DNA of 19,541 nt from Polyangiales bacterium. GTDB lineage: Bacteria > Myxococcota_A > Polyangia > Polyangiales > Polyangiaceae. The notes under the pieces were generated by a model, which was given only the letters and a program-made list of their open reading frames with translations, was not told the DNA's origin and did not search any database. Location: NCBI GenBank assembly GCA_038231275.1, contig JBBRLQ010000060.1, positions 1 to 19,541 on the forward strand, given 5' to 3'. Position 1 is the first letter of the stretch, and each line of letters starts with the position of its first letter. Shown piece by piece: positions 15,354-19,541 of the stretch. The translations under genes and the position numbers were made by a program.

Positions 15354-16550
15354 ATGATCGCGTTCGGGAGCGCCGTCGCTGGCGGGCCGCACGGCGCCAC
15401 GGCTGCGGAGACCGCGGCGCGCGACGCGTCGGCGCAGCTCGGCGGCGCGCGCGCGGCGATCGCGATCGTCTTCGCCAGCGCCAGCTACGAAGATCTCGAC
15501 GGAGTCCCTCGCGCCATTGCGCGCGTGCTCGGCGACGTGCCCATCATCGGCGGAACCGCGGGCGGCTGCCTCATCGGACCGAGCGGAACACTGCCGCGCG
15601 GCGTGAGCGTCGTGCTCCTCGGCGGCGAAGGGATCGAGGCCCTCTGCTTGGGCGGTAGGGCGCGGTCCGACGAGCTCCACGAGGTCGTGCCCGTCGCGGC
15701 GCGCCTCGCGGCCGCAGCCGACGTCGCGGCGAGCCGCGGGCTGGTGGAGCTCACGTGCCTCGCGTTCGCGCCCGACGTCGCGGTCGACGGCGGCGCGTTG
15801 ACCTCCGCCGTTCGCAAAGGAGCGGGCGCGCGTGCGCAGCTCGCCGGGGGTCTCACCGGCGACGACTTCACGTTCGATCGCTCGCGTGTCTTCGCGGACG
15901 GCGGCGCCCACGGCGATCGCTTCGTCCTCGCGGGCCTCTTCAGCCGCGCCCCGCTCGGGGTCGCCGCGCGTCATGGGTGGCGCCCCGTCGGACCGGAGCG
16001 CACCATCACACGCGCCGACGGTGTCTGGCTCGTGACCCTCGACGGACGGCCCGCCGCCGACGTCCTCACCGAGGACGCGATCGCCGCCGGAGCGACGCCG
16101 CCGAGCGGACGCGGCGCTGACGTCTCCTTGTACCTCGCCAATCACTACCCCCTCGGCGTCTTCGTGTCGTCCGGACGCGAACCGCTCGTGCGCGCGCCGT
16201 TCGGCTTTCGCTCGGACGGCGCCGTTCTCCTCGCGACCGGTGTCCCCGAGCGATCCATCGCGCGCGTCGTCCACGCGACCTCGGGAGAGCTCCTCGCCGC
16301 GTCGCGCGACGCCGCACGCATCGCCCGCGACGCGACCCACGGCGGCCTCGCCGGCGCCGTCGTCCTCGCGTGCACCGGCCGCCTCGCCGCGCTCGGCGAC
16401 GCGTTCGCCGAGGAGCCGCGCGCCATCTCCTCGGAGGTCGGCGCGCCCGTCGGCGGAACGTGCGTGTTCGGCGAGATCGCCCGCTCGCGGCGCGACGTCG
16501 AGGCGTTCCACAACACGACCGCCGTCGTGATCGCGATCCCGGCGGTCTGA
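15354..16550 (+). CDS. Standalone FIST domain protein (FIST N plus FIST C)
   Basis: AIVFAS, VPIIGGTAGG, LAGGLTGDD, HGWRPVG..TITRADG..LVTLDGRPA, CTGR, FGEI, FHNTT. Confidence 0.9.
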   Translation: MIAFGSAVAGGPHGATAAETAARDASAQLGGARAAIAIVFASASYEDLDGVPRAIARVLGDVPIIGGTAGGCLIGPSGTLPRGVSVVLLGGEGIEALCLGGRARSDELHEVVPVAARLAAAADVAASRGLVELTCLAFAPDVAVDGGALTSAVRKGAGARAQLAGGLTGDDFTFDRSRVFADGGAHGDRFVLAGLFSRAPLGVAARHGWRPVGPERTITRADGVWLVTLDGRPAADVLTEDAIAAGATPPSGRGADVSLYLANHYPLGVFVSSGREPLVRAPFGFRSDGAVLLATGVPERSIARVVHATSGELLAASRDAARIARDATHGGLAGAVVLACTGRLAALGDAFAEEPRAISSEVGAPVGGTCVFGEIARSRRDVEAFHNTTAVVIAIPAV

Positions 16551-16554
16551 GAGT

Positions 16555-16595
16555 GGAGCGAAGCGCAGCGGAGCGAAACGCTCCTGGGGAAAGGC
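16555..16595. repeat. Short REP-like hairpin element between convergent genes
   Basis: GGAGCGAA occurs twice (16555, 16570); hairpin GGAGCG-AAA-CGCTCC at 16570-16584; no U-tract. Confidence 0.35.
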
Positions 16596-16599
16596 GAGA

Positions 16600-17568
16600 T
16601 CAGTCCGCGGCGGTGACCAGGGCCGCCATCTCCGCGGGGAGCGGCGACTCGACGTCGAACGCGAGCGCGGGATCTCCCGCGTACTTCACGCGGGCGGCGT
16701 GGAGCGCGTGACGACCGAGGTGGCGGATCTCTGCGCCGCCATACAGAACGTCGCCGGCCAGCGGGTGATCGAGCGCTGCGAAGTGCGAACGGATCTGATG
16801 GCGAAGCGCGCGCTTGGCCTCTGCGCGAACGAGCGCCCAAGTCCCCACGCGCTTCTCGACGTGGTAGCGCGTCGCGGCGGGGCGGGGCGCGTACCGCATG
16901 ACGTCGCGCGGGTGCACGCACGGGTAGACGCGCCGCTGGTCCTTGGGATGATTCGCGATCGGAAACTCGATCGAGCCGTCGTCGGGGAGCCCCTCCCCGG
17001 TGCACACGAGGAGGTAGTCCTTCTCGATCTCCTCCGCCCTGAGCGCGGCGCGCAGCGCGTCGAACGCCTCCTTCGTGCGCGCGACCACGACGAGACCGGT
17101 CGTGTCCGTGTCGAGGCGATGAAGGAGCCCCGGCTCGCGCGGCGAATATCCGATGCCGGCGAGCTCCGGGTAGTGGCCCACCAGGGCGTTGGCGAGCGTT
17201 CCGACCTCGCCCGGCCGCAGCGGCGCGCACGGCTGACCCGCGGGCTTGTCGACGACGAGCACCGCAGGCGACTCGAAGCGCACGACGAGCGGCGCGTCCG
17301 GCGTCGGAATGGCGGGACCGTCGCTGGTCTCGAGCTGCTCCATGTCGATCGAGATCACGTCGTCCTTCACGACGAGCGCGCCCTTCGGCGAGCGGCGTCC
17401 GTTGACGCGCACGGCCCCCACCTCGATCGCACGCTTCACCTTCGCGCGCGACGTCCCCTTCGCGAGCTCGCACGTCGCCTTGTCGAGGCGCACTCCCGCG
17501 AGCGACTCCGGTACGGTGTATTGCACCTTGCGATCGGCCTCTTGGCCCTCGCGACTGCCGTTCGTCAT
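16600..17568 (-). CDS. RluA-family pseudouridine synthase with N-terminal S4 domain (RluD/RluC-like)
   Basis: S4: GVRLDK...SRAKVKRAIEVGAVRVNG. VVDKPAG, catalytic HRLDTDTTG, HQIRSH...HPLAGDVLYG, HALHA. Confidence 0.94.
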   Translation of the reverse strand: MTNGSREGQEADRKVQYTVPESLAGVRLDKATCELAKGTSRAKVKRAIEVGAVRVNGRRSPKGALVVKDDVISIDMEQLETSDGPAIPTPDAPLVVRFESPAVLVVDKPAGQPCAPLRPGEVGTLANALVGHYPELAGIGYSPREPGLLHRLDTDTTGLVVVARTKEAFDALRAALRAEEIEKDYLLVCTGEGLPDDGSIEFPIANHPKDQRRVYPCVHPRDVMRYAPRPAATRYHVEKRVGTWALVRAEAKRALRHQIRSHFAALDHPLAGDVLYGGAEIRHLGRHALHAARVKYAGDPALAFDVESPLPAEMAALVTAAD

Positions 17569-17621
17569 GCCGGTATGGTAGTGGTCCTGTGGCAGGTTCG
17601 GGTCACAATCGCCGTTTTTGC

Positions 17622-19319
17622 ATGCCGAACATCGACAACCAAGACATCGCGCGCGCGTTCGACGAGCTCGCAGATTTGCTGGAGCTGGACGGTGAAAATC
17701 CGTTCAAGCTGCGGGCGTACCGCAATTTTGCGGAGACGACGCGCGAGCTCGTGGAGCCTCTCGCTGCGATCGCGGCGCGCGGGGCGCTCGTCGACATGGA
17801 TGGGGTCGGCAAGGCGATCTCCGCCAAGGTCGAACAGCTCCTCGCGACCGGCACGTTCGACGCGCTCGATCGTGCGCGCGCGCGAGTGCCGTCGACGCTC
17901 CTCGATCTCATGAAGCTGCCGGGGTTCGGCGCGAAGACCGTGCGGACGCTGTGGCAAGTGGCCAAGGTGACGACACTCGAAGAGCTCGTCCTTGCGTGCG
18001 AGAAGGGGGAGCTCGCGGCGCTGCCCGGCATCGGCAAGAAGAAGGAGGCCCGAGCGCACCGCGCGGCGCAGGAGCTCCTCGAAGGAGCCGGCACCACGCT
18101 GCTCGTCTACGCCTACGAGGCGCGCGCGATCGTGGCGCAGTACATCGTCCCGGCGATCGCGCGCGAGGTCTCGCTGACCGGCGAGGCGAGGCGTGGGAAA
18201 GCCCTCCTTCACGACGTCGTTCTCCTCGCGCGCGGCGCCGAACGCGACGGCCTGCTCGCAACCCTCGCCGCCGCCGAGCCGGATCTGTCGATGCTTCCGC
18301 CCGAACAAGGGGACGTCGTCGTCGTGACCAGAAGCGGCGCCCGCGCCCGTGTCCGCGCGGTGCCCGAGCACGAGTGGGTCCACACGCTCCTCACGACGAC
18401 CGGGAGCGAGACCTTCGTGCACGCGCTCGAGGAGAGTGCGTCGCCGCTCGGCGGGCTCGTGGAGGCGTGCGCACGCGCGAGCGACGAGACGGGCCTGATC
18501 GCAGCCCTGGGCCTCCCGTTCACGCCGCCGGAGCTGCGCGATCAACCCGCCGCTCCCGTGCCGCTCGATCTCGTCGAGCGGCTCCACGGGGTCTTCCACG
18601 TCCACACGGGCTGGAGCGACGGCAAAGCGACGATCGAAGCGATGGCGCGCGCCGCCGCGGAACTCGGCTTCGCGTTCATCGGAATCAGCGAGCACTCGAA
18701 GGCGGCGTCGTACGCCAACGGGCTCGACGCGTCGCGACTCACCGAGCAAAAGAGCGCGATCGCACAGGCCCGCGCCGCCGTCCCGGAGATCACGATCCTC
18801 CACGGCGTCGAGGTGGACATCCTCGCCGACGGCGCGCTCGATCTGGACGACGCGGCGCTCGGCGAGCTCGATTTCGTCATCGCGAGCGTCCACGCCCGGA
18901 TGGACATGCCGGCCGACGAGATGACCCGGCGCATCGTGCGCGCGGTGGGACACCCGCTCGTCACCATCCTCGGGCACCCGACGGGGCGGCTCCTGCGCGC
19001 GCGTCGTGGCTTCACGTTCGACGTCGCCGCCGTCGCGCGCGCGGCGGCCGCGAATGACACGTACCTCGAGATCAACGGCAACGGGCACCGCCTCGATCTG
19101 TCCGACACGCTCGCGCGCGAGGCGGCGGCGCAGGGCGCAAAATTCGTGGTGAACCCCGACGCGCACTCGCCGGACGCGATGTGCGACGCGTTCCTCGGCC
19201 TCGCGGTCGCGCGGCGCGCGGGCCTCTCGCGCGGGCAGGTGCTGAACGCGATGCCGCGAGACGAGCTCCTCCGCGCGTTGATCGCGCGGCGCGACGTCGG
19301 ACGCGCCCGCCTGGCCTGA
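17622..19319 (+). CDS. polX: PolX-PHP protein with degenerate polymerase active site and intact PHP domain (565 aa)
   Basis: GENPFKLRAY; HhH motifs GVGK, LPGFGAK and LPGIGKK. PHP ligands HVHTGWSDG, SEHS, GVEVDI, SVH, GHPTGR, NPDAH. ATG 17622 matches the usual PolX N-terminus. Confidence 0.92.
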   Translation: MPNIDNQDIARAFDELADLLELDGENPFKLRAYRNFAETTRELVEPLAAIAARGALVDMDGVGKAISAKVEQLLATGTFDALDRARARVPSTLLDLMKLPGFGAKTVRTLWQVAKVTTLEELVLACEKGELAALPGIGKKKEARAHRAAQELLEGAGTTLLVYAYEARAIVAQYIVPAIAREVSLTGEARRGKALLHDVVLLARGAERDGLLATLAAAEPDLSMLPPEQGDVVVVTRSGARARVRAVPEHEWVHTLLTTTGSETFVHALEESASPLGGLVEACARASDETGLIAALGLPFTPPELRDQPAAPVPLDLVERLHGVFHVHTGWSDGKATIEAMARAAAELGFAFIGISEHSKAASYANGLDASRLTEQKSAIAQARAAVPEITILHGVEVDILADGALDLDDAALGELDFVIASVHARMDMPADEMTRRIVRAVGHPLVTILGHPTGRLLRARRGFTFDVAAVARAAAANDTYLEINGNGHRLDLSDTLAREAAAQGAKFVVNPDAHSPDAMCDAFLGLAVARRAGLSRGQVLNAMPRDELLRALIARRDVGRARLA

Positions 19320-19334
19320 GCGTCACGGCTGGCT

Positions 19335-19541
19335 TCACGCAGGGGCGTCGGGCGAAGGTTCCCAACCGCCCCACGCGCGCAGCGTCTCGAGATCGCGATC
19401 CATGAGGAACGGCGCGACCTCGTCGAGCGAGCCGATGCGCGCGGTGGCGACGCCGAGCTTGCGCGCCGCGCTCTTCGCGACCCCCGACAGGATCGGGTGT
19501 GGGCTCTGCACGAGCGAGACGATGTCGTCGGCGAGCTCGCC
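19335..19541 (-). CDS. C-terminal 68 aa of a protein of unknown function starting beyond the window
   Basis: Open frame from the window edge: GELADDIVSLVQSPHPILSGVAKSAARKLGVATARIGSLDEVAPFLMDRDLETLRAWGGWEPSPDAPA*. GC-rich third positions; convergent with polX. Confidence 0.75.
   Translation of the reverse strand, partial: GELADDIVSLVQSPHPILSGVAKSAARKLGVATARIGSLDEVAPFLMDRDLETLRAWGGWEPSPDAPA

Overview
GC-rich bacterial window. Gene content and protein style suggest Myxococcota (Polyangiaceae/Labilithrix-like); this is an inference. Left to right: an ECF sigma / membrane anti-sigma (TPR-like) / secreted beta-barrel triad (minus); a Pro-Thr lipoprotein; the type IVa pilus operon pilMNOPQ (minus); a divergent LysM plus M15 (YcbK/MepK-like) peptidase; a FliA/WhiG-like sigma factor behind a sigma-54-type promoter; a small exported protein coupled to a fatty acid hydroxylase/sterol desaturase-family enzyme; a large phosphodiester glycosidase (NAGPA-like) protein; a standalone FIST protein; an S4-RluA pseudouridine synthase; a PolX-PHP with a degenerate polymerase site; and the 3' end of one more gene. 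No rRNA, tRNA, CRISPR array or mobile element is supportable. The best candidates for undescribed systems are the small exported protein (YMPATKAAP motif) plus di-iron enzyme pair, the ECF/anti-sigma/small beta-barrel triad, and the FliA-like sigma lacking most of region 3. All assignments are by eye; no searches were run.
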